Assembly (NCBI GenBank): GCA_030390025.1 | Contig: CM059432.1 | Location: 62,870,001-62,934,000, forward strand | Reading direction: 5' to 3' | DNA length: 64,000 nucleotides | Source of the DNA: Squalus acanthias | Lineage: Eukaryota | Shown: piece by piece, positions 47,691-62,300 of the stretch | How positions within the stretch are numbered: the stretch's first letter is position 1 | Layout: each line of letters opens with the position of its first letter | Made by a program: the position numbers and the translations under genes | Notes under the pieces: model-generated | The model's input: the letters and a program-made list of their open reading frames with translations, nothing else | What the model was told of the DNA's origin: nothing | Database searches by the model: none

Positions 47691-50600
47691 TAAGAACATA
47701 AGAACATATGAAATAGGAGCAGGAGTAGGCCATTTGGCCCTTCGAGCCTGCTCCGCCATTCAATAAGATCATGGCTGATCTTCTACCTCATCTCCACTTT
47801 CCTGCACTATCCCCATATCCCTTGATCCCCTTAATATTCACAAATCTATCGATCTCTTTCTTGAATATACTCAACGACTGAGCCTCCACAGCCCTCTGGG
47901 GCAGAGAATTCCAAAGATTCATCAACCTCTGAGTGAAGAAATTACTCCTCAACTCAGTCCTAAATGGCCGACCCCTTATTCTGAGACTGTGACCCCTGGT
48001 TCTAGAATCCTCAGCCAGGGGAAACATCCTCCCTGCATCTACCCTGTCAAGTCCTGTAAGAATTGTGTATGTTTCAATAAGATCACCTCTCATTCTTCTA
48101 AACTCTAGAGAATATAGGCCCAGTCTACTCAACCTCTCCTCATAGGACAACCTCCCCATCCCAGGAATCAGTCTGGTGAACCTTCGTTGCACTCCCTCTA
48201 TGGCAAGTATATCCTTCCTTAGGTAAGGAGACCAAAACTGTACACAATACTCCAGGTGTGGTCTCACCAGGGCCCTATATAATTGCAGTTAAACATCTTT
48301 ATTCTTATACTCAAATGCTCTTGTAATAAAGGCCAACATACCATTTGCTTTCCTAATTGCTTTCCTAATTTCTGCATGTTAACTTTCAGTGATTCATGTA
48401 CAAGGACACCCAGGTCCCTCTGAACAGCAACATTTCCCAATCTCTCACCATTTAAAAAATACTCTGCTTTTCTATTTTTCTTACCAAAGTGGATACCTTC
48501 ACATTTTTCCACATTATATCCCATTTGTCATGTTCTTGCCCACTCACTTAGCCTGTCTATATCCCCTTGAAGCCTTTTTGCATCCTCCTCACAATTTACA
48601 TTCCCACCTAGCTTTGTATCATCAGCAAACTTGGATATATTACATTTGGTCCCCTCATCCAAATCATTAATATAGATTGTGAATAGCTGAGGCTCAAGCG
48701 CTGATCCTTGTGGTACCCCACTAGTTACAGCCTGCCAACTCGAAAATGACTTGTTTATTCCTACTCTCTGTTTTCTGTCCATTAACCAATCCTCAACCCA
48801 TGCTAATATATTACCCCCAATCCCATGAGCCCTAATTTTGCTGAATATCCTCTTGTCTGGCACCTTATCGAATGCCTTCTGTCACTGGTGAGAGAGGTTC
48901 TCGCCAAGAGGTGGGACTAGACATACAATTCAAAACTTGTTACCTGCAGAAAAGTCTAAATGCATTAAAAATGAATTTCCCAACATTTTCTTACCTCTAA
49001 AACTCACCAGTGCACCATTGGATCCTTCACACCACTTTTGCAACTGTCATCAATGCACAAACATTACAGCAGACTCACAACACACCACACTTACCTAGCG
49101 TGGTGTCCGGATGTCGGGAAGCCCGAAGTAGAAGTGTCAAAATTGAAAAAGATCCTGTTAACTGCCTGTTAACAACCTTTAACAGACAGTTAAGTGGCTA
49201 TAATCCTCTATCCGCCTCTAGGTGTCGGGTCCATGTGCAAATCGGGGACCTGACAGTTGGGAAGATTGATTGGAGGCGGGTTGACAGCGGGTTTCCTGCC
49301 CGCTGTCAATCTTTGCGATTTTGCTGGCTGGCCCGCCTCCAAACCCGCCCCCTGAGCACCGGCAAAATTCCGGCCAATGTATTTGTTTAATTTCTCTGCC
49401 ATTTCCTTATTCCCCATTATAATTTTTCCTGTCTCAGCCTATAAGAGACCCACATTTACTTTCGCTAATCTTTTCCTTTTTACATACCTATAGAAGCTTT
49501 TACAGTCTGTTTTTTTGTCTCTCGCTAGTTTACTCTAATATTCTATTTTCCCTTTCTTTATCAATTTCTTGGTGCTCCTTTGCTGAATTCTAAAATCCTC
49601 CCAATCTTCAGGCTTACTACTCTTTTTGACAACATTATAAGCCTCTTCCTTTGATCTAATACTATCTTTAACTTCTCTTGTTAGCCATGGTTGGACCACT
49701 TTCCCTGTGGGGTTTTTGTGCCTTAAAGGAATGTATATTTGTTGTAAATTATGTATTAATTCTTTAAATGCTAGCCAATGCTTGTCTACCATCATACCTT
49801 TTAATGTAGTTTCCCAATTTACCTTAGCTAACTCGACCCTCATACCTACGTAGTTTGCTTTGTTTAGATTTAAGACCCTAGTTTCGGATTTAACTAAATC
49901 ACTTTCAAACTGAATATAAAATTCTATCCTATTATGGTCACTCTTCCCTAAAGGCCCCTTTACTACAAGGTTATTAATTCACCCTTTCTCATTGCACAAT
50001 ACTAGATCTAAAATAGCCTGTTCCCTAGTTGGTTCCTCAACATACTAATCTAGAAAACTATCTTGCATACATTCCATGAATTCGTCCTCCACACTATTAC
50101 TGCAAATTTATTTTGCGCAGTCTATATGTAGATGAAAGTCCCTCATGATTACTGTATTACCCTTGTTACATGCGCCTCTAATTTCCTGATTTATACTCTG
50201 CCCTACATTACAACTACTGTTTGGGGGCCTATGAACAATTCCCACCAATGTTTTCTGCCCCTTGCTGTTTCTTAGCTCCACTCAATCTGATTCTACTTCT
50301 TGATTTTCAGAGCTAAGATCCTTTCTCTCTATTGTCTTTATCCCATCCTTTATTATCAGGTCTACCCCTCCTCCTTTTCCATTTTGCCTATCTCTTCTAA
50401 AAGTTAAGTATCCTGGAATATTTAGTTCCCAACCTTGGCCACTTTGCAACCACGTCTCCGTTATGGCTATTAGATCAAACCTGTTAATTTCTATCTGAGT
50501 TATTAATTAATCTCTTTTGTTGCGAATGCTTCACGCATTCAGATATAGTGCCTTTAGCTTTGACTTATTTCTATTTTTCCCTGATGTCACCTCAGTCACT
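47691..50600 (-). mobile_element. CR1 LINE, near full ORF2 span, interrupted at 48883-49375 with an internal deletion
   Basis: (TAAGAACA)n tail, RPHLEYCVQFWSP, KFADD, APE start near 50540; segment between KY and KAFDKV missing. Confidence 0.9.
48883..49375. mobile_element. One-ended Harbinger-type fragment
   Basis: Ends GGCAAAATTCCGGCC like the 36862 TIR; no matching left end. Confidence 0.55.
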
Positions 50601-50611
50601 GATGCCTTATT

Positions 50612-53147
50612 ACCAATTTTGACTTCTGCCATCCGCCGGTGACATCACTCCCGCTAGCTTCAGACAGGCGTCAGGGTCGGGCCATGTGAATGAGGCCCAG
50701 GAGTTAAAATCTCCCAGACCTTATGCTTCGCGGGGCCAGACTGTTCGGCATCTGCGTAGGCCACCGATTCCCACTCTGAGGTAAAAGCGGCCCCAGATAC
50801 TCCTCCGATGAGGCCTCTCCCTGCTATTCGACACTGTGAGGAACGTGACAAGATGGCTGCTGGGGGCGGGGGGGGGGGGGGCTGTGGGGGGGCTGTGGGG
50901 GTGGGTGGCAAGGCATACTCCCTGCAAACTTTGCTGATAACACCCCTGTGCAACCCCACCATGCCCGAGCAGCACAGTTACAATTGAAGCCAGGGCGCAA
51001 CCAGGATCCTTATACTTCACCCAATAGGACTGCTCAAGCAGAGGTTCAGGTGGCTGGACCACTCAGGGGCTCACTGCAATTTGCCTCCAGGTAGAGTCTC
51101 ACGCATCATTGTGGTTTGCTGTAGGATGCACAACATTGGATTGCAAAGAGGCCTGCATTTGGAGGAGATAGAGCAGCAATTATTATCAGATGAGGAAGAC
51201 CTGGGGGAAGGAGAGGAAGGAGGGCCACAGCAGTGCTTTGCAGCGAGATGTCAGGGATCGCTCATAGCTCAGCAATTCTGCTGTGCTTCTCACACCCTGC
51301 TCTGAGAACTTAGACTGAGTCCCTCTGCATAACAGTCCTCGACACATTCTTCTCCACTCCCTTCATCCTTCATTGAAGAATATTCAAACCATTCAGACAA
51401 CTTCTATATCAATGACATTTTGACAGTGCAGACTCAGAAACTACTGTTAAACCGCACTGCAGACCAAAGCCCCAAATGTGATCATAGTAAATGCCTTCTA
51501 TTCATTTCTCATCCAGATGATCAACCCACAGGGATTTTCTTTGAAGAAGGTTTGCTGACTGAGCAGAGCTGCTGTTCATTGTGTGGGGACTCTTGAGACG
51601 CTTGTGTCTGGCGACTTCTGGGGGCTCGAGCCTGTGATGGCCCAGCCATAGGCTGCTGCAATTCCGTTGCTGCGGATGCAGTCTGACCCAGCTGACTTGC
51701 TGGCACTATAGTGGGTATTGGTTGAGGGTAAAGTGGCAGGACAATTTTAGTAATCCCCCTTCAAGGAACAGAAGCCAACTTTGCTGAAGGGAATTGATCC
51801 CTGTGGAATCGATTAACCATGTCGTGACCTTGAATAGGGCCTTCAGTAGCCCGCAACAGAACTTACACTTGCTCTCAGCAGGCTTAGGTTCCACTGGGCA
51901 TATCGCTGAGTGGTATTACAGGAGTAGCCTTGGAATGCCCCACACTGGTCCTCAGAGATGTCCTTTGAAATTACAGGAGCAGGCTTGTATATGGCTGTGT
52001 GCTGCCCCCACAGAGACCAATGAAGATTAGGCAGTGTGTGGAGTGGGGAGCGGTCCACTGGTAAGATTAGCTAGTAGGGGACAGGAAGCTTAAGATCTGT
52101 TGAAAGCAGTGATGATTTGGCAGTGAGCCAGATGTATGTTGGGGTCTTTGAATAACTGAAGAAAGAGGAAGAAGATGCCAGAACAGTAATAAACCAGCTT
52201 TTAAAGGCTCCTATTGAGTAGGCTTTACCTACTTCAGCATTGATGTGTCCAGTTATATTGACAGGGTTAATTCTAGGGACAGAGCTTTGCCCAAACACAT
52301 GGAAGGAAATTTTGCCAGCCCTGGGGAGGCGGGTTTGGAGGCGGGACTGCCGGGAAAATGGCAGAAACTGGGAGCGAGTACCGAACCCGCTCCCATCCCG
52401 CCTCCGTGCCATCTTCCCGGGAGGCGGGCCCCCCAACTCGCGCAGGGACCCATCTCCTCGAGGCAGGAAGGGGATTACAGCCACTTAACTGCCTGTTAGC
52501 AGGTAGTTAACAGGCAGTTAAGAGGCTTATCCCCATTTTACCAACACAAGTGCGGGCTTCCCGATGTCGGGAAACCCCGCCAGGGTCAGCGAGGCGAGCA
52601 GTGGATCTGCGGGGGTGAGAGGGGTTGAAAAGTGCGCTGTGGAGGTGAGTGATGGGTGCAAGTGTGGAGAGGTAAGTATGGGAGGTGAGTGAAAAGTGTT
52701 AGAAAAAGTTTCCTTACCTTTGTTTCTTCCTGCAGGCTTCAACCCTTGGAGATCCGAGGCTCCTCATCTCCACAGCAGAGATGACAGAATGGCTGCTGCA
52801 TTCTCCGATGCAACAGCCATCTGATTTCTGCTCAGGAAAGAGGTTTGGTGAGTCTTGAGTACAAGGACTCACCAAAGAACAGAGATTGTCAATGTTTGAC
52901 AGCTTCTCAAAGCTGTCAAACGATGACAATTCATCTGTCAAAAATTTTTGACAGATGAAACGTCATACGCTGACGTTCTCTGTCACTGTCTTTCCCTTAA
53001 TTGGTCTTCTAAACCCGCAGGGCGGGCTTAACAAGGTCAATCAAGGGAAAATAGCGTGAGTTGGCCTGGACGTCGTTGGGGGCGGGACTGAAACCCGACA
53101 ACCAGCAGTCCCGCCTCCAACGCGCCCCCATTGATAAAATCCAGCCC
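50612..53147 (+). mobile_element. Degraded Harbinger relics (transposase 3' end +, Myb exon 3 -) plus adjoining MITE, approximate bounds
   Basis: GLLKQRFRWLDHSG and RVSRIIVVCCRMHNIG at about 51027-51150; AGPSQARAP on the minus strand; TIR-like GGAAATTTTGCC (52285) and GATAAAATCCAGCCC (53133). Confidence 0.6.
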
Positions 53148-54317
53148 ATGAAGTTCTATGTGGAACCTCATTTAGATCATTTCCATATATTAATAAGATC
53201 TGTGCATGCTGGTTGTATGGCATTAGTAAATTGACTGAAACACTCTTCAGAAAATTGGGTCTGTAAATAATCCGGCATGCTGCCTTGTGCTCTGGCGTAA
53301 TGATGGACACCTGCTGCATGGAAGGCCCCGCCTTGCCAACAAGGCCTCGTTTAATATATTATACACAAATCGATAGCACTTAGAAATCGAACTCAGAAAA
53401 TCTGATCTTCCCGGCAAACTTTTAGCTTGTGTATTGGTCTGAATTTAAAAAAAAGTATTTGTGTATATGAAAGGGAATAATCTCTCCTTGTCAGGTACAT
53501 AGCACCATGGTAAAAAAAAAACTATGTTTTATGCTGAACTTGCTGTTAAGGAATGTGCATGCAATACGTGCAGAATTCTTCGATGTCTTAAACAAGACAA
53601 TGCATAAGTCATGCCATTGAGAGATAAAGTGCTTTGAGCAGTGTGTGCAATCAGTAATAACCTCAGGTCCAAACACCAGGCTCCAGATCTGTTCTGTATC
53701 GTGTGAATGCGGGGAGCACCGGATGAATCCCTCTGGAAATAAAGCAGTCAGTGTCTCAGAGAGGAGCATCTCTCTGTTCTTCCTCAAACCTTTTTCCAGA
53801 TATTACATCCGGCCGCCCTCCTCCAGAGCAGCAGGAAATTCCTTAAAAGATCACTTGAATGGCGACCCTGTTGTGTATCAGCTTCAGTGGCAGGGCAATG
53901 CAACTTACACGATGTCATGCTGCTTTTGTAAGGCAACCCAGCTTCAGAGCACAGTTCCCAGATGGAAAATAAAACTCTGTCACATAGCGGGAATTTAATG
54001 CTGTGAAATTGTGTACCCAATTGACTGACACCGAATCCGTGTCTGACAGACTTCTTGACTCCTCATCTTTGAAATTCTTTTTGATGTTTTCTAGAAGATA
54101 GACAAGGAACCATTTGTAATAAACAAACCAGTCCTTCTGTATTGTGTATCAAACTCCTTTTCTTGACGTCATAAGTCAGAACCATCAAAAATCACAATTA
54201 CTCAATATATCTTTAAATACTCTGGGTTTAAAATGTTTGTGAATTGTGTATTAAGGTTGTATTGAGGGTATTTCAGAAACATAACTGCTAGTTTCTCGCT
54301 TGAGAAATGGGTGGCCG

Positions 54318-54917
54318 GCAGTTGAAAATTGGGTGGTGGGACTGGCGGGGGGATGGGGGATGGTGGGGAATCTAGGGAGTTCATTGACGCCCAAGGCCCA
54401 CCTGATGCAATTTTCAGGTGGGCCTGTAATTGAGCCTGGTGGACGAATGCTTAAATATGCAAATCAGGGTGGCCTGGAGGCTGCTTGGCCAGCAGCAAGT
54501 TAAGTCCCGGGGGTGGGGTGGATTTGGCAATTTTGCAATCGTTCGGGGGGAACCTGAGGCGACAGTGGCCCAGATTAATAATATGGAGCCCAGAGCAACA
54601 TTCCTGCTTCATGTCACCCCATAAAAATAATTTAAAACTTACCTTTTTTGCTGTTCTTGGGCTGTACCACCGGGTACAACTGGAGGGAGCACGGCACATG
54701 CGTCATCCAATTGTCTTCTAATATTACAATTGGGGTCTTTTGCGCATCATTGGGCACCAATTTGCATATTAAAAGGGCCTACGGCCTGGAACAGGCAGGC
54801 ACTCCAGTTGCCCAGCAGTCAGTACACCGACATTAGCTGGGCGGTAAGTGCTGCACAGTTATTTTAACAGCATTACCACCTCGTTTACGCCAGACGGCCC
54901 AAATTAAAATGCACCTC
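54318..54917. mobile_element. Probable degenerate MITE
   Basis: GC-rich block with GAAAATTGGG / CCCAAATT ends and inverted TAAATATGCAAAT / ATTTGCATATTAA motifs. Confidence 0.35.
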
Positions 54918-57900
54918 ATAGTTTTTGGTAAATAATCTGCCAATTATGATAATCTGGTAAATAGTCTGGAACAGTGGAGGCAACTCAATAATGTGACTGT
55001 AACATTTTATAAAACATTAGTCAATTGACTCAGAGGCAGGGAAAGAAGAAAATTATTTAGGAGCAAACAGGTTAAACTTTTATATTAAACATTATTTTAT
55101 AAATGTATCACCTGCTGGCTCCTGAAATGTCCCCTCCCTCCTGCAGATTACTTCATCTGATAGTTGCCAGTGGAATGTGCAGTGCATGATTCATTTAGCG
55201 AGCCCTCTCTCTGGAGGTTAACAGAAACTATCAATGGTATTATAGGATTATCCCTAAACAGATAAACATCACTCTGGTTTAGTCAGGATTGTGATGAGAT
55301 TTATAAAATCTTTATAATTTAGATCACAGTTTAATGTTTTTATCTATTTTAAATGAACATATACGACAAATCCACAGGGAATGGGTTATATAATTAAGAG
55401 GAAATCCATTGGCTGTGAAAACATTATAAATGACTGCAATTGCTGATGTTGCAACTCAGATTTCAAATGACCCTTGAACTATTTGGGTTAGTGGTTCAAA
55501 GCACACAAAACAGCTGATAGTTATCAATGCATCTGAGTGGTTACACTTTAGATTCTGATATTTTATTAGTCTCTGATTTCTGCCTCTCATTTTCCATATT
55601 AAACTTGCTCTGTCTCCAGATGGCACAACTACCAGAAGCTAAGAAGAAATAAAAGACCTTATTCTTCAACAAAATCGTTTCAACAATTTCCTTAGTGGCT
55701 TTGAGCAAAGAGATTTAGTTTCCATTATACAGGAACTTGATAAATAGTTTTTTGTGTAACTCAATCATGGGAAATTAAAAAGAAGCTAAATACAGAATTT
55801 AATTCATCCATCTTTCATGCAATTTTCCATTTTCTTTTAATGTTTATTTTTATAGATTCCTCACCATCAGACAGACAGGGATAGATTGGGCCATAACCAA
55901 TAAGGAGCAGAGTTAATGCCATACCATGATTAGCTGCCATAAGAAAAGACAACTCAGCATTACTAGGTTGAGAGTCAAGTATTAAACTTTAAGCTTCTAG
56001 GCCACACTATAAATCCTTAAACCATTTTTTGGCCCAGGCAACTATAAATATTGGAATAAAGAGACGTCACAATTCTCACTGCTGTTGTTCTTTACTATGA
56101 AATCAATGACATTTCATGGCTGTTTTTGCTGTGCAGTTAGTAACATTGTATAGCTATGTGCCTTCCTTTTGACAGGAGAGAAATAGATAATAGATAAAAA
56201 TCATCGTACCGGTGGAATGACCTGAAACCGATTCACAAATAATGTGGCACTAACTAGGATTGAATAGCAATCTTTAGACAAACTATAGGGAAGGCTGGTA
56301 CAGAAAATTGAAATAAGTAAGGCTAGGGTAAGTCACATTATAAATATTGTAAAGCCTTCTCCTCTATCTGCACTATGCCATACCTGAAATACATGATGCT
56401 AACCTTAGGTGCACAAAACTTGGAAAATAATCTAGCTATGCCTTCAAGATTACAATGTTTATTCCAAAGGCAGGCAAATTTAAACTGGGAGTCAAAACAC
56501 GTGACTTAATGGCTGCAAGGCAACCGTTTGAGCACTCGTTCTATCAAGCTACATTAAACTTTCATAGCAGGATAACCATGAAATCGAGTGAATATGTTAC
56601 ATGCTTATGGATTTTTATGTCTGCAAGACCAGGAGTGCAACAAGTATTGGTGCAAATTAGCTTTTGCTGTTCAGCAGCCTGTTGTAAAAGTTATGGGTAT
56701 GACTTTTACACTGGTGCAATTTGCATACTTGAAAGATTTGATGAATCCTACTTAAAATGTAAAAACTAAAACATACACGTGTTTATTTCCTTTACAATGG
56801 TTCAAGGTATGCATGTCACCCATATTTCATGATTTAATTCGAAGTAAAGAGGTGTATAATCTAGTCAGGTTGTGTGTGTCTGTCAGAAAAACCTATTACC
56901 ACAATAAGTACATTCATTAACACAAAATATGAAATCAGTTGCCATTTTTATGTCTAAATTTTAAAAAGTAATGACAACTTTTTAAACCAATTGATAAGGC
57001 TGTGCACAATATTCTGGTAACTATGATCTGAATCCCAGACAGGTTCCACAGAAATATTAAAGTTGAATTGCCAGTTGTTGTTGTAACCCAGAATGGCCTA
57101 TTTCATTGGATTGGATGGAAACAGTTTTATGAATGCTGGGACTTGTAGACTTATTCTAGACCTCAGGCCTAAGTCTGCCTAACTCTCAGCATTAACAGGA
57201 AAGTTTGCTACAGTAGAAATGCAGTTAGTGACATGATAAGTAATTCTTTTAATATTTATTTTTCTGAGGAAAGTTGCAACACATGATTGAACTATCCCAT
57301 GGGTGGGAATCACGTAATTGCTGTTTACTGCTCACTCTGACACTTACCACCAGCAGAAACTAAAGTTACAGCATTTACCATTCATTTGCATTTTTCACAT
57401 GATATTAAACATAGCGTTATTAGAATAGCACATGTCAGCTAAAATATCAATGAAGTCCAATATTATGGAAAAGATCTCATTTTGATAAACCAGACTGATA
57501 TTGCCCTGCTCTTTGATGCTTTAACATGCTCAGAGTAATTTTGGATGGAAGTTTCAGCTGCTGGATTCCTAACTGGATTCAATTAAATAACAGGGATGTG
57601 CTTAATAATAGCCAGAGAGGAACACAGGCTTTCTCTATTATGCATGGCACACACATATGTTCTTTATGTTTAAGTCCTTGCTATAGTGAAGATAGCCAGT
57701 CTGATTATGCTGATTGTTAGTAAGTTTACATATTTGTGGTTTGTTTCCATTGGGAGGTAAGGTTGAGGTACAAAAGGGAAATAAGGTATTAAAAATGTTA
57801 ACCATTTTTATATACTGATATAATTAGCTATAAAATTATATTAAATAATTTAATGTTAGTTGCTGTTTGAAACTCCAACCATATTGACCTCTGATGGACA

Positions 57901-58355
57901 TGACACATTGGATGAAGTGCACTTTCAGTAAACTCATTGTCTGTCCTATTTAATTATTTTAGACTAAGCTTAACCACCTGGGGGGGGGGGTTGAATTTCC
58001 TCACTATTTGCAGTGTATTTCTGGTGCATGATCGGGCAAGTACATTTTTGTGGCAGGAAAATTGGGCAGAAATTGTTTCCGCTGGTTTTTCGTCATTAAA
58101 TTGCCTCCCCCGAGTTCTCTCACAATTTTGGGCCTTCCTCTGGCCCACCTGCTGAGTCCTGAGTGCTCTTGTAAAGTTATGGTAAGAATATACAAGCAGC
58201 ACATGTCATATGAAAACCTTATTGAGGAGATGTTTAAAGAAGAATGTGTTTTTCCAAAGAGACAATAGAACAGCTCTAACACCTACTGCACGTGGAACCA
58301 GCCATGGTCAACTGCCCGCATGGCTATGAAGGTAACACTGCACTCAACATATATG

Positions 58356-58874
58356 ATGTGGAGAACACTTCAGCAGCCAGGGGCATTCAGCCTCGGATCT
58401 GCGGGTAAGCGTTCTCCAAGGCGGCCTTCGAGATACACGACAGCGCAAAATCATAGAGCAGAAACTGATAGCCAAGTTCCGCACTCATGAGGATGGCCTC
58501 AATCGCGATATCGGGTTCATGTCACGATACAGAACGTGACTTGACATCATGGCCGGTCTTCCCAGGTGTTTTTTTTTGTTTTTTTTTTTTTGTTTTTTTT
58601 TTTTAAAAAGGCTAACACAAGAACACAAATTGACAGGATATGCAGCCAGCAGGTGGTTTGACACGTTGGACCCCCTGGGACACATCTCATTGTCTTGGCT
58701 GTGCTCTTTGTTGTAGCGAATAATGTGAATAGATTTTGTCTGGGTTTAAATTGTGAATTCTGGGAGATTCTCTCATTGCTAACTTACCTGACGAAGGAGC
58801 GACAGCTCCGAAAGCTTGTAAAATTAAATAAATCTGTTGGACTATAACCTGGTGTTGTGCGACTTCTCATTTTT
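58356..58874 (+). mobile_element. 5'-truncated Penelope-like element (GIY-YIG C-terminus + pLTR)
   Basis: Homologous to 22840-23357; 13-bp TSD CTCAACATATATG at 58343-58355 and 58875-58887. Confidence 0.92.
58784..58821 (+). ncRNA. Minimal type I hammerhead ribozyme motif (Penelope pLTR)
   Basis: UUAC-CUGACGA-A-GGAGC-gaca-GCUCC-GAAA-GCUU-GUAA; perfect 5-bp stem II. Confidence 0.78.
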
Positions 58875-59052
58875 CTCAACATATATGGCATTGGCTCATT
58901 TCAGGCAGAGGGGGAGGGGGGTCTCTGTAATATCAGTCAGAGTGCAGTACGGGCATACGTTCATGAGGTGACTGATGCACTTTAAAGGAGAGCTGGCAAA
59001 TTCCTTATCTTTGACATCACAGCAAGGCAGCAGCGAAATAGGGCCATCCAGT

Positions 59053-59380
59053 TTTCTTCTTCTTCTTAGGCAGTCCCTCGGAACCGAGGAAATCTTGCTT
59101 CCGCACTAAAAATGAGTTCTGAGGTGACTGATGAGTCCAATGCGGGACCTACAGTCTCTGTCACAGGTGGGGCAGACGGTGGTTGAAGGGGCGGGTGGGT
59201 GGGGTGCTTGGGTTGACGTGCGCTCCTTCCGCTGTTTGCGCTTGGCTTCCGCTTGCTCCCGGCGAAGAGACTCGAGGTATTCGGCGCCTTTCTGGATGCT
59301 TCTCCTCCACTTTGTGCAGTCTTGGGCCAGGGATTCCCAGGTGTCGGTGGGGATGTTGCACTTTTTCAAGGAGGCTTTGA
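59053..59380 (-). mobile_element. RTE-clade (BovB/Expander-like) LINE 3' end
   Basis: TWESLAQD..WRR and C-terminal CPTCDRDCRSRIGLISHLRTH; (AAG)n tail. Confidence 0.8.
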
Positions 59381-62300
59381 GGGTTTATGGGTTTACTGGC
59401 TTTCATCAGGTCCACTGTGCAATCGATGTCTCTCATGTTGCTTCACAAGCTCCCCTAGAACACCCCCTCAACTAACCAACAGGAAGGTCTTCCATTCTCT
59501 CAATATACAGATTGTGTGACAACATACAGAGAATCCCACATGTCAGTGCCAGATATGCTGTGCTGGAAGTTGTCACAATGCATTCATCCTTCAAAATTCA
59601 GCCCTCCCTGACCTGGCAGAGAAGAAAATCAGCCCAACAGTTGGCTTCTGAGCGACAAAGTCTACCATGGATAATGACCTCAGTAAGATTATTGGAACAG
59701 CAGGAGAGGAATGCTAAAATGAGGCGTATGCCTCTAATAGATTGGTCAGCAAAAAGACCAAAGGGGTCTTAAAGGGGCGCTTTCTCTGTCTGGACATTAT
59801 CATCATCATTCTCATCTTCCTGTGGAGGAGGAATTCCTAGAGTGTATACGGGATGGTTTCCTGGACGAATATGTTGAGGAACCAACTAGAGATCAGGCCA
59901 TCTTAGACTGGGTATTATGTAATGAGAAAGGATTAATTAGCAATCTTGTTGTGCGAGGCCCCTTGGGGAGGAGCGATCATAATATGATAGAATTCTTCAT
60001 TAAGATGGAGAGTGAAGTAGTTGACTCAGAGACTAGGGTACTGAATTTAAATAAAGGAAACTACGATGGTATGAGGCGCGAGTTGGCTAGGATGGATTGG
60101 GAAGCATTACTTAAAGGGTTGATGGTGGATAGGCAATGGCAAACATTTAAAGATTGCATGGATGAACTACAGAATTTGTTCATCCCTGTTTGGCATAAAA
60201 ATAAAACAAAAAAGGTGACTCAACCGTGGCTAACAAGGGAAATTAGGGGTAGCATAAGATCCAAGGAGAGGGCATATAAATTGGCCAGAAAAAGCAGCAA
60301 ATCTGAGGATTGGGAGCAGTTTAGGATTCAGCAAAGGAGGACAAAGGGATTAATTAAGAGGCGGAAAATAGAATGAGAGTAAGCTTGCAGGGAGCATAAA
60401 AACTGACTGTAAAAGCTTCTATAGATATGTGAAGAGAAAAAGATTGGTGAAGTCAAGCGTAGGTCCCTTGCAGGGGAATTTATAATGGGGAACAAAGAAA
60501 TGGCAGACCAATTAAATACATACTTTGGTTCTGTCTTCACAAAGGAGGACACAAATAAACTCCCAGAGATATCGGGGAACATAGGGTCTAATGTGAGGGA
60601 GGAATTAAATGAAATGAGTATTTGTAGGGAAATGGTGTTAGGGAAATTGATGGGATTGAAGGCCGATAAATCCTCAGGGCCTGATAATCTACATCCTAGG
60701 GTACTTAAGGAAGTGGACCTAGAAATAGTAGAGTAATTGCTGGTCACCTTCCAAAATTCTATAGACTCTGGCACAGTTCCCATGGATTGGAGGGTAGCTA
60801 TTTAAAAAAGGTGGTAGAGAAAAAACAGGGAATTATAGACCAGTAAGCCTGACATCGGTAGTGGGGAAAATGCTAGAGTCCATTATAAAAGATGTAATAG
60901 CAGAGCACTTGGAAAACAGTGACAGGATTGGACAAAGTCAACATGGATTTACAAAAGGTAAATCATGCTTGACTAATCTACTGGAATTTTTTGAGGATGT
61001 AACTGATAGAATAGATAAGGGAGAACCAGTGGATGTGGTGTATTTGGACTTTCAGAAGGCTTTCGATAAGGTCCCGCATAAGAGATTAGTGTGCAACGTT
61101 AAATCACATGGGATTGGGGGTAAGGTACTGATTTGGATAGAGAACTGGTTGGCAGACAGGAAGCAAAGAGTTGGAATAAATGGGTCTTTTTCCGAGTGGC
61201 AGGCAGTGACTAGTGGGGTACCGCGGGGATCGGTGCTAGGACCTCACCTTTTCACAATATATATTAATGATCTAGATGAGGGAACTAGATGTAATATCTC
61301 TAAGTTTGCAGACGACACAAAGCTGGGTGGGCGTGTGTGCTGTGAGGAGGATGCAGAGAAACTCCAGGATGATTTGGACAGGTTGGGTAATTGGGCAGAT
61401 GCATGGCAGATGCAGTATAATGTGGATAAATGTGAGGTTATCCACTTTGGTGGCAAAAACAGGAAGACAGATTATTATCTGAACGGCAATAGATTGGGAA
61501 AAGGGGAAGTGCAACGAGATCTGGGAGTCCTTGTGCACCAGTCGCTGAAGGTAAGCATGCAGGTGCAGCAGGCGGTTAAGAAGGCAAATGGTATGTTGGC
61601 CTTTATAGCGAGAGGATTCGAGTACAGGAGCAAGGATGTCTTGCTGCAGTTGTACAAGGCCTTGGTGAGACCACACCTTGAGTATTGTGTGCAGTTTTGG
61701 TCGCCTTATCTGAGGAAGGATGTTCTTGCCATGGAGGGAGTGCAGCGAACATTTACCAGACTGATACCTGGGATGGCAGGAATGACATATGAAGAGAGAT
61801 TGGGTCGATTAGGTTTATATTCGCTAGAGCTTAGAAGAATGAGAGGGGATCTCATTGAAACTTATAAAATTCTAACAGGACTAGACAGACTAGATGCAGG
61901 AAGGATGTTCCCGATGGCGGGGGAGTCCAGAACCAGAGGTCACAGTCTAAGGATAAGGGGTAAGCCATTTAGGACTGAGATGAGGAGGAATTTCTTCACC
62001 CAGAGAGTGGTGAACCTGTGGAATTCTCTACCACAGAAGGTAGTTGAGGCAAATTCATTAAATATATTCAAGAAGGAGATAGATATATTTCCTAAGGCTA
62101 AAGGGATCAAGGGATATGGGGAGAAAGCAGGGACAGGGTACTGAATTTAGATGATCAGCCATGATCTCATTAAATGGCGGAGCAGGCTCGAGGGGCCGAA
62201 TGGCCTACTCCTGCTCCTATCTTCTATGCTTCTATGCTTCTCATCATTATCATAGTTTGCAAGGAAGTCGTTGTCTTTGAGCTGTTCTCCTTCCTCATCA

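Noticed and set aside
53400..58300. Host exons in the long unique AT-rich stretch
   Set aside because: Only short ORFs without recognisable domains; small exons or conserved non-coding elements cannot be excluded without alignments.
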